A stretch of 54,854 bases of DNA, from the NCBI GenBank assembly GCA_016177225.1, contig JACOVQ010000009.1, positions 1 to 54,854 on the forward strand. The letters are read 5' to 3'. Below the pieces are notes generated by a model. That model made no database searches, had not been told where the DNA came from, and worked only from the letters and a program-made list of their open reading frames with translations. Below, piece after piece: positions 1-9,081 of the stretch (its first letter is position 1; every line of letters begins with the position of its first letter). Position numbers and translations under genes: made by a program. The DNA comes from Candidatus Zambryskiibacteriota bacterium. GTDB lineage: Bacteria > Patescibacteriota > Minisyncoccia > Phycocordibacterales > Zambryskibacteraceae.

Positions 1-78
1 CACCAGTACTCCTACTCGATACAGTTTCTCAATCACAAATCTCTCCTCTTCTCTCAAATGATTATATTTCTTTTTCAT
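1..78 (-). mobile_element. 5' end of a probable IS30-family transposase (runs off the window edge)
   Basis: Minus-strand ATG at 78 reads MKKKYNHLREEERFVIEKLYRVGVLV, which resembles the IS30 N-terminal HTH start (Y.HL..EER..IE.L). Only 26 codons are visible. A possible left IR lies around 139-166. Confidence 0.55.
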
Positions 79-165
79 GACAGTTAATTAATTCTTAATT
101 CGCCAATTAATTCTAACTGTCCTACTTCAAAGGTATCTGGGGTGGGCAAGCTTCAGCTGAATCCA

Positions 166-277
166 GTGCACAAATCTCTAAGCAACGGACGGTTTTCTAA
201 GGACGCTCTGGCCCGATTTATCGGACTGAAGTTATCCTTAAGACAATAGTTCAGCTTTTGCTTAGAGATTTGCGGAC
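166..277. repeat. ~110-bp imperfect long hairpin (MITE/REP-like or bidirectional terminator)
   Basis: Perfect 15-bp inverted repeat CAAATCTCTAAGCAA (171-185) / TTGCTTAGAGATTTG (258-272), inner TAAGGA/TCCTTA arms and an apical CCGAT-TTT-ATCGG. Confidence 0.7.
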
Positions 278-297
278 TTGATTCTCGTTTAAATCTA

Positions 298-1968
298 CTA
301 AAGGTCTATGACTCTGTCGAGCTCTTCTAATGTTGTAATTCCCAAAAGCGCTTTCAGTACTCCGTCTTGAGCCAAGTTTAAAAGTTTCTGGCTTCTAGCC
401 GCCTCTCTTATGTCGCGCTCGGAAGGATTTTCAATTACCACTTTTTCAATATTAGCATCCACAAAAATGGCTTCAAACACTCCAATCCGGCCTTTGAATC
501 CCAGATTGCCGCACTTTTCACATCCGGTGTTTGTCCAGATTTTTTCTCTCTGTACTCCCTCAAGCAAACTCTTATCGTCTACGGCATTTAAAATTATTTC
601 CACCTTCTTTTTCCATTCTCCTTCAAGAACTTTTTCTTGTTTGCAAGATTCGCAGAGTTTGCGCACCAATCTTTGAGCGATGGAAACGTTTAATGCGGAA
701 CTGACCACTTTGGAATTAACTCCCAGGTCCAAAAGCCGGGGGAATGAGCCGGCGGCGTTATTGGTATGAAGAGTGGAAAGCACCAAGTGTCCCGTGAGCG
801 AGGCGTTAATGGCCACTCCGGCTGTTTCCGAATCGCGGATTTCTCCCACCATGATGACATCCGGGTCTTGGCGCAAAGCGCTCCTCAATCCTTCGGCGAA
901 AGTGTAACCCTTATCTGTTTCCGTTTGGGTCTGGACGATGCCTTCGATGTGGTATTCAATCGGATTTTCAATGGTAATTACTTTGATATCAGGCGTGTAA
1001 ATCTTTTTAAGAAAAGCATAAAGAGTGGTCGTCTTGCCGGAGCCTGTCGGGCCCGTAACGAGAATCATGCCATTGGGCTTTTTAATCTCTTTTTCTAAAA
1101 GAATTAAAAGGCGCGAGTGGATTCCAAGCTCGTTTAACTCCACGGCTATGGATTCCGGATTTAATACTCTTAGCACCACCGATTCTCCATACGGGCCGGG
1201 CAAGGTAGAAGTTCGCACTTCAGTTTCCTGCTCGCCCAGCTTAATGGAGAATCTTCCGTCTTGAGCGCGGTCTTTGACATTAAGTTTAAGTTCGCTGACC
1301 AGTTTAATGCGTGAGAGCAAGAGCTCGAAAGTTTCCGAATCAAAGTGGAGAATATCGGTCAAGACGCCATCCAGGCGATAACGCAGACGCAAATCTTTTT
1401 CCTCCGGCTCTAAGTGAATATCTGATGCATTTAAGGCAATGGCACCGGCCAATATGATTTCCAGAATTTTAGAAATTTTGTAAGCCCGCTTCATATTTAA
1501 GAGTTCTTCAATGAGAGCTTTTACGTCGGCAATTGAACGAACTTTTTTGGTAACGTTAATGATTTCCTCGTTTGAAATGTCCAGAGCGCCGGACTTTGTT
1601 TCAAAGGAGTAAGATAAATCTTTATACCGGTCCCATACTCTGTTTAAACTCTCGTGCGAAACCATAAAAATCTCAAGCTTATAGCCGTGGCGCTTTAAGT
1701 CTTCCAACACTTCTTTAGTTTTGCCGTTTTCCGGAGACAGGATTGCGACATCGATGTTTTTGTCCGTAGCGTTGAAAATGGCGAGGTTTGCGGCACGAGC
1801 ATCAGCTTCCTTCACCACTCTAAGCGCGTCAATGTTTATAGGATGCATGGAAAGGTCCAAGTAGGGAATACTATCGCGCTCGGCCAAAGTTTTTACTAAT
1901 TCCTCCTCCTCCTTTTTGCGGAGAGCGGCTACGCGTTCTTCCTGCTTTTCTTCATCGAATTGAACCAT
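298..1968 (-). CDS. pilB: Type IV pilus/T2SS assembly ATPase (PilB/GspE family)
   Basis: ASDIHLEP, QDGR, Walker A GPTGSGKTT, LRQDPDVIMVGEIRD, TGHLVLSTLH, CxxC zinc pairs and GRIGVFE. Confidence 0.92.
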   Translation of the reverse strand: MVQFDEEKQEERVAALRKKEEEELVKTLAERDSIPYLDLSMHPINIDALRVVKEADARAANLAIFNATDKNIDVAILSPENGKTKEVLEDLKRHGYKLEIFMVSHESLNRVWDRYKDLSYSFETKSGALDISNEEIINVTKKVRSIADVKALIEELLNMKRAYKISKILEIILAGAIALNASDIHLEPEEKDLRLRYRLDGVLTDILHFDSETFELLLSRIKLVSELKLNVKDRAQDGRFSIKLGEQETEVRTSTLPGPYGESVVLRVLNPESIAVELNELGIHSRLLILLEKEIKKPNGMILVTGPTGSGKTTTLYAFLKKIYTPDIKVITIENPIEYHIEGIVQTQTETDKGYTFAEGLRSALRQDPDVIMVGEIRDSETAGVAINASLTGHLVLSTLHTNNAAGSFPRLLDLGVNSKVVSSALNVSIAQRLVRKLCESCKQEKVLEGEWKKKVEIILNAVDDKSLLEGVQREKIWTNTGCEKCGNLGFKGRIGVFEAIFVDANIEKVVIENPSERDIREAARSQKLLNLAQDGVLKALLGITTLEELDRVIDL

Positions 1969-2055
1969 CGTTAAATGATACAGCTTCTAGCCAAAATCCT
2001 CGCTCTTGACATTATATCTATTTAGGTGTATACTAGCAAAAGGGAGGTTAGAGAT

Positions 2056-2445
2056 ATGAAAAAACTCTTTTTGTTGTTAACGCTTGTTGTATTGATGACA
2101 AGCGGGTGCGCGGCGCGAATGGCGGGAGGTCGAAGTTATAACTTCAACTTTTTCCCGACTGTTGATGTGGTCGTAACAAATGACTGTGTCAACTCAACCA
2201 TATACGTTAAATCGCCTCGGGAAAATGAAACGGCGATTACGTACGGAAACACCGCGACGCTGATTTTACAGCGTTATCCGGGGGATGACTACTCACTGCT
2301 CTTGTCGGCTCGTGGTGTAGGAATCGACGGAGCCTATCTCGGTTCTGACAGCCGTCACTTCTACGTCGGCCAGAACGGCCGTCGGGAGGAAGCCTGGCAT
2401 GTCCAATATCTCCAAGGGGGTCAACGGTCATGCTATGCTCGGTGA
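2056..2445 (+). CDS. Putative lipoprotein, function unknown
   Basis: GGAGG RBS at 2043-2047, then MKKLFLLLTLVVLMTSGC signal peptide with lipobox Cys; followed by a terminator. Confidence 0.7.
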   Translation: MKKLFLLLTLVVLMTSGCAARMAGGRSYNFNFFPTVDVVVTNDCVNSTIYVKSPRENETAITYGNTATLILQRYPGDDYSLLLSARGVGIDGAYLGSDSRHFYVGQNGRREEAWHVQYLQGGQRSCYAR

Positions 2446-2450
2446 CTCTC

Positions 2451-2479
2451 GGGCGGGAACGCAAGTTCCCGCCCTTTTT
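2451..2479 (+). terminator. Rho-independent terminator
   Basis: GGGCGGGAAC-GCAA-GTTCCCGCCC followed by TTTTT. Confidence 0.85.
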
Positions 2480-2525
2480 CCTTGTCCCGCGTAGCCTCGT
2501 GCGAAGTGGGATGTATAATACAAAG

Positions 2526-2855
2526 ATGAAAGCGACTGTTATAGGACTGCAAGGAGAATTGGGGTCGGGTAAGACCTATTTTGTAAAAAATCTGGCGAAA
2601 ATAATGGGCATAGAGGAACACGTTGTAAGCCCGACCTTCATAATTATGAAAGTCTACCCGGTGGATTGGCGCGGCTTTAAAAAACTTATTCATGTAGACG
2701 CTTACAGACTCGAGAACGAACAAGAATTGTTGCAATTAGGGTGGCAAGAATTAATAGCTGACCCGGAAAATTTAATACTTGTTGAATGGCCGGAAAAAGT
2801 CGAAGGCATCATCCCAAAAGGTTCCAAAAGAATTTATTTTAAACATGCCCTCTAA
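2526..2855 (+). CDS. tsaE: tRNA threonylcarbamoyladenosine biosynthesis ATPase TsaE
   Basis: GELGSGKT, VVSPTF, HVDAYRL and LVEWPE motifs. Start moved to ATG 2526, 6 nt after TATAAT. Confidence 0.92.
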   Translation: MKATVIGLQGELGSGKTYFVKNLAKIMGIEEHVVSPTFIIMKVYPVDWRGFKKLIHVDAYRLENEQELLQLGWQELIADPENLILVEWPEKVEGIIPKGSKRIYFKHAL

Positions 2856-5178
2856 ACTTAAAAACTTAAAAACTTCTAAACTTGTCCTCTTCGATGCCCA
2901 CGCCATTATTCATCGCGCTTATCACGCTCTGCCGGAATTTACCGCCGCTTCCACCGGAGAACCCACCGGCGCTTTGTACGGCTTGGTGGCGATGCTCATT
3001 AGAATTATTGACGACTTAAAACCCGATTATCTGGTGGCTTGTTTTGACCTCGAAGGCCCGACTTATCGCCATGAAGCTTATAAAGAATATAAAGCCGGAC
3101 GCAAAGAAGCCGATAAGAATTTAATACTTCAACTTGAGAGGGCTAAAGATATTTTTACCGCCCTGGGCATACCTATTTATTCTCATCCTGGCTTTGAAGC
3201 CGACGACATTATAGGAACAATCGTCTCGAAGATGAAGAGCAAGGTTGACATTGTTATTGCTACCGGCGATATGGACGCGATGCAGTTGGTGGACAATAAA
3301 AAGGTTCAAGTTTATACGTTGAAAAAAGGCATTTCAGACACCATTCTTTACGATGAGAAAAAGGTGTTAGAGAGATTCAGCTTTGTCCCGAAACTGCTCG
3401 TTGACTACAAAGGTCTGAGAGGCGACCCATCCGACAACATCATCGGAGTCAAAGGCATCGGGGAGAAAACCGCAACCTCACTTATCCAAGCCTTCGGCAC
3501 TATCGAGAATATTTATAAAAATCTCGCCAAAGCCGATATAAGCGACCGCATCCGCCAAATCTTGAAAGACAATAAAGAAGAAGCGCTTTTTTCCAAAACA
3601 TTGGCTACCATCAGGACCGACGCGCCGATTGATTTTGTCTTACCGAAAAACTGGAAAGAAAATTTTGAGTTAAAGAAAGTTCTGGAGTTTTTTCAGGTAT
3701 TGGGATTCCGTACTTTGAGCGACAGAGTGAGGAAGTTGGCGGAAAAATCCGGGGTTATTCCGCTGGTCTTGCCTGTGTTCAACGAAGAAGCGAAAGATTT
3801 GCCTTTAATGCTCTGGGTTATAGATTCCAATCTTACCAGCCCGACCTTGGAAGACGTGGCGAGTTTCACAAAGACGAAAGATTTGAAAGAGGCGAGAAAA
3901 ATTTTGGAAAACGAGCTTGACAAACGCAAAGTGAGAAAAGTTTTTGAAGATATTGAGAAACCCATCATGTCTATCGTGGAGAAAATGAACGAGCGTGGCA
4001 TCAAAATTGATAGAGAAATCCTTGCCGACCTTTCCGCTAAATATCACAAAGAACAAAAACGGTTGGAAAAAGCTATTTGGAAAGAGGCGGGCGAGGAGTT
4101 TAACATCAATTCCACCAAGACACTTTCAGATGTATTGTTTAATAAGCTTGGGCTTGCCGATAAAAGGCAGAAAAAAACTCCGGGCGGCGCTCTTTCTACA
4201 AAAGAATCAGAACTTGAAAAGCTAAGAGAAAAACACTCTATCATTGGACTAATTCTAGAATATCGCGAACTCACGAAGCTCCTATCCACTTACATTGACG
4301 CCATACCGCCTCTTCTCGATAAAAATTCCCGGCTCCACTCCACTTTTCTCCAAGCTGGCACCACGACAGGACGAATGGCTTCCAATAATCCCAATCTTCA
4401 GAACATTCCTTCGAAAACGGAATTAGGCAGGGCGGTGCGGAACGCTTTTGTTGCTGAAAAAAGCTTCAAATTGGTGGCGCTGGATTATTCTCAAATTGAA
4501 TTGCGCATCGCCGCCATTCTCTCAAAAGATAAAAAATTAATCGAAATATTTAAATCCGGAACGGATGTTCATGCGGGCGTCGCCTCCCGGGTTTTTAAAG
4601 TGCCGCCCGAAAAAGTGGACAAGGCTATGCGTAGCCACGCTAAGGCCATCAATTTCGGTATTCTTTACGGCATGGGCGTCAATGCGCTTAAGGCAAACCT
4701 TGGAGTGGAGCGCAAAGAAGCCCAGGAGTTTTACAACAAATATTTTGCAACCTTTACCGGACTGGCGGCCTATATAGATAAAGTTAAAGCTGAAGCAGAG
4801 CGCAAGGGCTATACGGAAACCTTATTCGGCCGAAGGCGCTACTTTAGCGGGTTTAAATCGCCGTTGTCTTATGTAAAAGCGCAAGCCGAGAGGATGGCCA
4901 TCAACGCGCCTATGCAAGGCACTCAAGCCGATATCATTAAAATCGCCATGAAAAGAATTGATGATTACATCAAAAAAGAAAGCAAGAATGCATTTCTAAT
5001 ACTTCAAGTGCATGACGAGCTAGTATATGAGGTAGAAAATTCTTTTATCGATGAAGCCGCTAAGGAATTCAAACAAATCATGGAGAGCATATTAGAAGGC
5101 GAAGAAACTCACGGAGTGCCTATTATTGCCGAAGTATCGGTGGGAGAAAATTGGGGACAGATGGAACGTTATGGATGA
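2845..5178 (+). CDS. polA: DNA polymerase I
   Basis: 5'-3' exonuclease motifs (FEADDIIG, GDPSDNIIGVKGIGEKTA) and Pol A motifs (TTTGRMAS..PNLQNIP, DYSQIELR, KAINFGILYG, LQVHDEL). Confidence 0.97.
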   Translation: MPSKLKNLKTSKLVLFDAHAIIHRAYHALPEFTAASTGEPTGALYGLVAMLIRIIDDLKPDYLVACFDLEGPTYRHEAYKEYKAGRKEADKNLILQLERAKDIFTALGIPIYSHPGFEADDIIGTIVSKMKSKVDIVIATGDMDAMQLVDNKKVQVYTLKKGISDTILYDEKKVLERFSFVPKLLVDYKGLRGDPSDNIIGVKGIGEKTATSLIQAFGTIENIYKNLAKADISDRIRQILKDNKEEALFSKTLATIRTDAPIDFVLPKNWKENFELKKVLEFFQVLGFRTLSDRVRKLAEKSGVIPLVLPVFNEEAKDLPLMLWVIDSNLTSPTLEDVASFTKTKDLKEARKILENELDKRKVRKVFEDIEKPIMSIVEKMNERGIKIDREILADLSAKYHKEQKRLEKAIWKEAGEEFNINSTKTLSDVLFNKLGLADKRQKKTPGGALSTKESELEKLREKHSIIGLILEYRELTKLLSTYIDAIPPLLDKNSRLHSTFLQAGTTTGRMASNNPNLQNIPSKTELGRAVRNAFVAEKSFKLVALDYSQIELRIAAILSKDKKLIEIFKSGTDVHAGVASRVFKVPPEKVDKAMRSHAKAINFGILYGMGVNALKANLGVERKEAQEFYNKYFATFTGLAAYIDKVKAEAERKGYTETLFGRRRYFSGFKSPLSYVKAQAERMAINAPMQGTQADIIKIAMKRIDDYIKKESKNAFLILQVHDELVYEVENSFIDEAAKEFKQIMESILEGEETHGVPIIAEVSVGENWGQMERYG

Positions 5179-5614
5179 GTTTTATCACAAAGATTTATTC
5201 GGAACTGTTGTAGATGTCAATCTTCAAGAAACAGAAGAGAGCGAGTCCTTGCCTCTAGACAAGAAAGGAAGGGAATTTAACATCTTCGCTTTTACTGATG
5301 CTGTCGGCGCTCGAAAGAAAAAAAACGCCTGGCTCTTTTACCAAGAAGCTCTTTTGGCCGGAGTTTCAGCTGAAGAAATTTTCTTCAAATTATTCTGGCA
5401 GACAAAGTCCATGCTTTTAGCTTTAAAAACTAAGAGCGCGGCAGAGGCGGATATGAAGCCGTTTCCATATTCCAAAGCAAAAAGTTTTTTGAAGAACTTC
5501 TCGTCTTCTGAACTTATAAACTTACAAACTTCTTTGGTTGTCGATTACCACAAAGCTCGCCGAGGAGAAGGAGAGATAGAAACATTGGTGGAAAAGATAT
5601 TATTAAAGTTATAA
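5171..5614 (+). CDS. Protein resembling the C-terminal domain of DNA polymerase III delta (HolA-like)
   Basis: FNIFAFTDA, MKPFPYSKAKS..KNFS..EL and 'LVEKILL' resemble the HolA C-terminal collar. The N-terminal AAA+ part is absent. Confidence 0.55.
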   Translation: MDEFYHKDLFGTVVDVNLQETEESESLPLDKKGREFNIFAFTDAVGARKKKNAWLFYQEALLAGVSAEEIFFKLFWQTKSMLLALKTKSAAEADMKPFPYSKAKSFLKNFSSSELINLQTSLVVDYHKARRGEGEIETLVEKILLKL

Positions 5615-5615
5615 T

Positions 5616-5691
5616 TGGTGCGCCCACGAGGGATCGAACCTCGGACCTTCTCCTTAAAAGGGAGCTGCTCTACCGACTGAGCTATGGGCGC
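5616..5691 (-). tRNA. tRNA-Lys(TTT)
   Basis: GCGCCCATAGCTCAGTCGGTAGAGC...CT-TTT-AA...GGTTCGATCC...TGGGCGCACCA; cloverleaf with encoded CCA. Confidence 0.95.
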
Positions 5692-5928
5692 TTATATTCT
5701 TAGTTTTAAGAAACTCCTGCCATAGCCAGTCTTGAAATATTTTTCTCTGGCTATTGCATGATTTTTATTCATGCACGCTTCGTAATATAGCAGTTTAAGA
5801 GGTTTTCGAGAAGCCGTTGCCGGCACTTGCCCATTATTATGTTTGGCCAATCGATTTCTTAAATTATCAGTCCAGCCAATATAAAGTTTACTATCTATCT
5901 CGCTTTTTAGAACGTATGTGTAATACAT
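5692..5928 (-). CDS. Small GIY-YIG nuclease family protein
   Basis: YYTYVL..LYIGWT.NL..RL..HN.G...T...P.KL.YYE...AIAREK.FK; the stop codon abuts the tRNA-Lys 5' end. Confidence 0.9.
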   Translation of the reverse strand: MYYTYVLKSEIDSKLYIGWTDNLRNRLAKHNNGQVPATASRKPLKLLYYEACMNKNHAIAREKYFKTGYGRSFLKLRI

Positions 5929-5937
5929 GCTGAGCTA

Positions 5938-6019
5938 CCTGCCCGCTAGTGCCTGAGCCTGCCCGACATTTGCCTGAGGCAAAGCCGATGGCAGGCGGGC
6001 ATAGGCGATGGCAGGCGGG
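5938..6019. repeat. Two nested copies of a ~40-bp palindromic element (minus strand CCCGCCTGCCATCG...CTCAGGCA...CGGGCAGG)
   Basis: The inner 42-bp copy (5958-5999) is inserted in a 40-bp outer copy. The whole unit interrupts a duplicate of the tRNA-Lys 5' end (5930-5937 + 6020-6026). Confidence 0.8.
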
Positions 6020-6047
6020 TGGGCGCAATGCTAGAAAGATACAATTC

Positions 6048-6449
6048 TTATAGCGGAATGTCTACGGCGTAGGCGCCGGCGCCGGTTAAAAGCAGTGATA
6101 ACGAAATAGCGAAAATGAGAAGGTAGAAAACCAAGTCGCGTTTCAATATATCGCCGGCCTCCCATTCTATATATAGTTCTATGCCGGTAAAAATGACAAA
6201 AGCGAGAGCGACACCCTGTGTCCAGAAGCCGACAAGCAGGAGTAAGCCGCCTATGATTTGAAGAAGGGCGTAAGCCGGGACGAATAGGTCTGCCGGACGC
6301 ACCCCAAGCGTATCGAAAGAAGAGATCCACCTCGGCTTTTCGCTGCGGAATTTTAAGATACCAAGATCGATGAAGATGAGCCCTAAAACAAGGCGTAAAA
6401 TGACAGGGGCAAGCATGGGTAAAAGGAGACTAGGGAAAAGATTGAGCAT
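6048..6449 (-). CDS. DoxX-like membrane protein
   Basis: LRLVLGLIF..G..K, QIIGGLLLLVGFWTQ and C-terminal GAGAYAVD pattern; about four TM segments. Confidence 0.8.
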   Translation of the reverse strand: MLNLFPSLLLPMLAPVILRLVLGLIFIDLGILKFRSEKPRWISSFDTLGVRPADLFVPAYALLQIIGGLLLLVGFWTQGVALAFVIFTGIELYIEWEAGDILKRDLVFYLLIFAISLSLLLTGAGAYAVDIPL

Positions 6450-6477
6450 GCATATAATATACAATAAACAACTCACA

Positions 6478-6954
6478 ATGAACAATGAATTCATTTTGAT
6501 CCTAGATAATATTAGAAGCGTGGAGAATGTCGGGTCTATTTTCCGCACGGCGGAATGCTTCGGCGTGTCGAAAATTGTTTTGGTTGGGATCACGCCAGCG
6601 CCAGTAGATCGTTTTGGTCGGAAAAGAACAGATTTTTCAAAAGTCTCTCTAGGTTCAGAAAAGCTAGTAAGTTATGAAGCTTGTAAGTCTATAAGTCCAA
6701 AATTGGAAGAATTAAAGAAAGAAGGGTACAAAATCATTGCACTGGAACAGCATCCTCTATCAACTAAACTTTCTAACTTTCCAACTTCTAAACTTAAAAA
6801 CTTTGCCCTAGTGGTTGGTAATGAAGTCGAAGGAGTTTCAAAAGAAGCTTTAGAGCTTGCTGATGATATCGTCGAAATCTCCATGATGGGTATGAAAGAA
6901 TCGCTCAATGTATCTGTTGCCACCGGCGTGGCGCTGTACCATCTGCTTAAGTAG
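6478..6954 (+). CDS. SpoU/TrmH family RNA methyltransferase
   Basis: ILDNIRSVENVGSIFRTA, VGNEVEGVS and M.GMKESLNVSVA SPOUT motifs. Confidence 0.92.
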   Translation: MNNEFILILDNIRSVENVGSIFRTAECFGVSKIVLVGITPAPVDRFGRKRTDFSKVSLGSEKLVSYEACKSISPKLEELKKEGYKIIALEQHPLSTKLSNFPTSKLKNFALVVGNEVEGVSKEALELADDIVEISMMGMKESLNVSVATGVALYHLLK

Positions 6955-6973
6955 CCTCTGTTATAATACTCGT

Positions 6974-7321
6974 ATGGAAACGAGAATCGTAAAGGATGCC
7001 ATAACTCTTGCTGAATTAAAGGCTCTGGCACATGAACAGTATGGCGATATCATCAAAGCTGACGTAGATGTGGCGCGAGGCATTATGGGAGTCGGCGGAG
7101 AATTGCATGTAGACATTCAATCTATTTTGATTGAGAGGGAGGGTTCAAAAGGGCAAGATGTGTGGGGGATAAACTTATATTTGGAAAAGACGGGGGATGA
7201 GTTTATAGAATTTGATTCCATGATTAATCTGAAACCGTCGCTTGGCAACAAAACGCGTGGGATTGAAAGTGTGGAGATTCAAAACAAAATCAGAGAGATT
7301 GTAAGTAGATTGGTTAAATAA
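6974..7321 (+). CDS. Conserved hypothetical protein (DUF5674-like)
   Basis: GDIIKADVDV..GIMGVGGELHVD, WGINLY and IEFDSMINLKP pattern, recalled from memory; TATAAT 6 nt before the ATG. Confidence 0.6.
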   Translation: METRIVKDAITLAELKALAHEQYGDIIKADVDVARGIMGVGGELHVDIQSILIEREGSKGQDVWGINLYLEKTGDEFIEFDSMINLKPSLGNKTRGIESVEIQNKIREIVSRLVK

Positions 7322-7322
7322 T

Positions 7323-7652
7323 ATGGCGGGAGTTTCAAAAGAAAGATGGCTTACTCTCACACTAGCCGAACAACTCGGCAATATCGGCAGCGAAGTAGGC
7401 CGAGCGGCCAAGTGGCAAGGTAAAGATGAAAAAACTTTCTGGGACGCTGTCATGAGGGCTATGGAACTTTTTGATTTGACGCAAAGTGACGGAAGATGGA
7501 AAAGCAGGCGGTTTGAGTTAGACCGGGCGAAAGAAGTTTTTGCCGATGCTGTTCTTGGAGGTAGAGAATATAACAGTTCTTTACCAGATACTGAAAATTA
7601 TTTCATGCAGTTTGCTTTATTGGTAGCAAATAGAGCTTTACTAATAAAATAG
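7323..7652 (+). CDS. Helical hypothetical protein, coupled to the upstream gene
   Basis: 109-aa ORF starting 1 nt after the upstream stop; EQLGNIGSEVGRA motif. Confidence 0.6.
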   Translation: MAGVSKERWLTLTLAEQLGNIGSEVGRAAKWQGKDEKTFWDAVMRAMELFDLTQSDGRWKSRRFELDRAKEVFADAVLGGREYNSSLPDTENYFMQFALLVANRALLIK

Positions 7653-7700
7653 TTTCACTACTTCTATCACTTACGATCGTGAGTAGTAGATGTAAGAGAG

Positions 7701-8513
7701 TTATTTGAATAATTTTTGATGCACTGGGCAGAAGTGGGCGCTACGGGTGCCGACGACAAGGCGGGCGATAATACCTTTACAGCCTGGTTTAGTGCATTTT
7801 TTGCCGGTGCGGCGGTAAGCGCGATGATGTTCTTGGAATTCGCCTTTCTCTCCATCGATATTTCTATAATCAGACATCGAGTCGCCGCCGAAATCTATGC
7901 TTTCGTTTAAAACTTTTTTCATTGCGTTAAACATCAGTTTGAATTGTTTCTCCGGAATAGCTTTAGGCAATGAGAGCGGATGAACGCCTGCGCGCCAGAG
8001 AATTTCGTCAGAATAAATATTACCTATGCCGGCTATTAAACTTTGGTCCATCAAAACACTTTTAATTTTTCCGCTAGGTCTCTTCATTAATTGAAAATTA
8101 AAAATTTTAAATTGAAAGTTCTTATCTAGTGGTTCCGGTCCCAGATGTTCTAGATGCGGCGACTTTTTCAAGTCCTTTGTATCAATAGTGATGACTTTGG
8201 CAAAACGGCGCATGTCGGAGAGCGAGAGAATCTTGCCATTATCGAGCGTGAGGCGGAAGTGCACATACGGATAATTAGGCCGATTGTATACGAAGTGTCC
8301 CGTCATCTTCATGTGGACGAGAAGAGTCTCTCCGTTTGATAGATTAATAAGAATATTCTTACCCCTCCGGCGAGTTTCTCTTATTTTAGCTCCTATAATG
8401 GACGATGGGACTGAGTTTCGGCGATAATCCGACCAAACACCAGTGATTTTTCTTCCTTTAACAATTTTATTTAAACCATTAACGGTGGTTTGGACTTCTG
8501 GTAATTCAGGCAT
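7701..8513 (-). CDS. mutM: Formamidopyrimidine-DNA glycosylase (Fpg/MutM)
   Basis: MPELPEV N-terminus, RRGK, H.KMTG, LGPEPL, H2TH GIGNIYSDE and a C-terminal zinc finger. Confidence 0.95.
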   Translation of the reverse strand: MPELPEVQTTVNGLNKIVKGRKITGVWSDYRRNSVPSSIIGAKIRETRRRGKNILINLSNGETLLVHMKMTGHFVYNRPNYPYVHFRLTLDNGKILSLSDMRRFAKVITIDTKDLKKSPHLEHLGPEPLDKNFQFKIFNFQLMKRPSGKIKSVLMDQSLIAGIGNIYSDEILWRAGVHPLSLPKAIPEKQFKLMFNAMKKVLNESIDFGGDSMSDYRNIDGEKGEFQEHHRAYRRTGKKCTKPGCKGIIARLVVGTRSAHFCPVHQKLFK

Positions 8514-9081
8514 TTTGCGATAAAATCTTGAGGGCCGCTTTTACGCGTTCGCTAGCTCCTTCAATGTCTTTGGAAATTTTTTTTAATGCTGTTCGAGCGT
8601 CACGCTCACTATATCCGAGCGAAACCAGTGCTTCCATGGCGTCGCCCTCAGAACGAGTATCGATGTTCTTATCCACCTCGGTAATTTTAAGCTTGTCTTT
8701 AAGTTCAAGAACGATTTTTTCGGCATTCTTTTTACCAATTCCGGAAACTCTGGTAAGGTATGATGTATCGGCGCTTGCCACGGCTTGTCGGAGCATTGCT
8801 GGAGTAGCTACATTCAATATGTTGAGAGCGGTTCTTGGCCCAATACCGGAAATTGTGATTAAAAGCTCGAAGGTATCTAAATTTTCTTTATCTAAAAATC
8901 CGAATAATTCCAAAGAGGTTTCCCGCACTACCAAGTGTGTCCAAAAGAAAACAGGAGAACTTAACGTTGCCTCTAGCGCGGTCTCGGTATTAACAAAAAT
9001 TTTGTAGCCAACGCCAGAAACATCAACTACCACAGAGTTTAAGTTCTTATGGCGAACCGTCCCAGACAGGCTTGAAATCAT
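8506..9081 (-). CDS. ruvA: Holliday junction branch migration protein RuvA
   Basis: MISSLSG start, VSGVGY, LFGF, ISGIGPRTAL, VSGIGKKNAEKIVLELKDK and ALVSLGY. Confidence 0.95.
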   Translation of the reverse strand: MISSLSGTVRHKNLNSVVVDVSGVGYKIFVNTETALEATLSSPVFFWTHLVVRETSLELFGFLDKENLDTFELLITISGIGPRTALNILNVATPAMLRQAVASADTSYLTRVSGIGKKNAEKIVLELKDKLKITEVDKNIDTRSEGDAMEALVSLGYSERDARTALKKISKDIEGASERVKAALKILSQNA

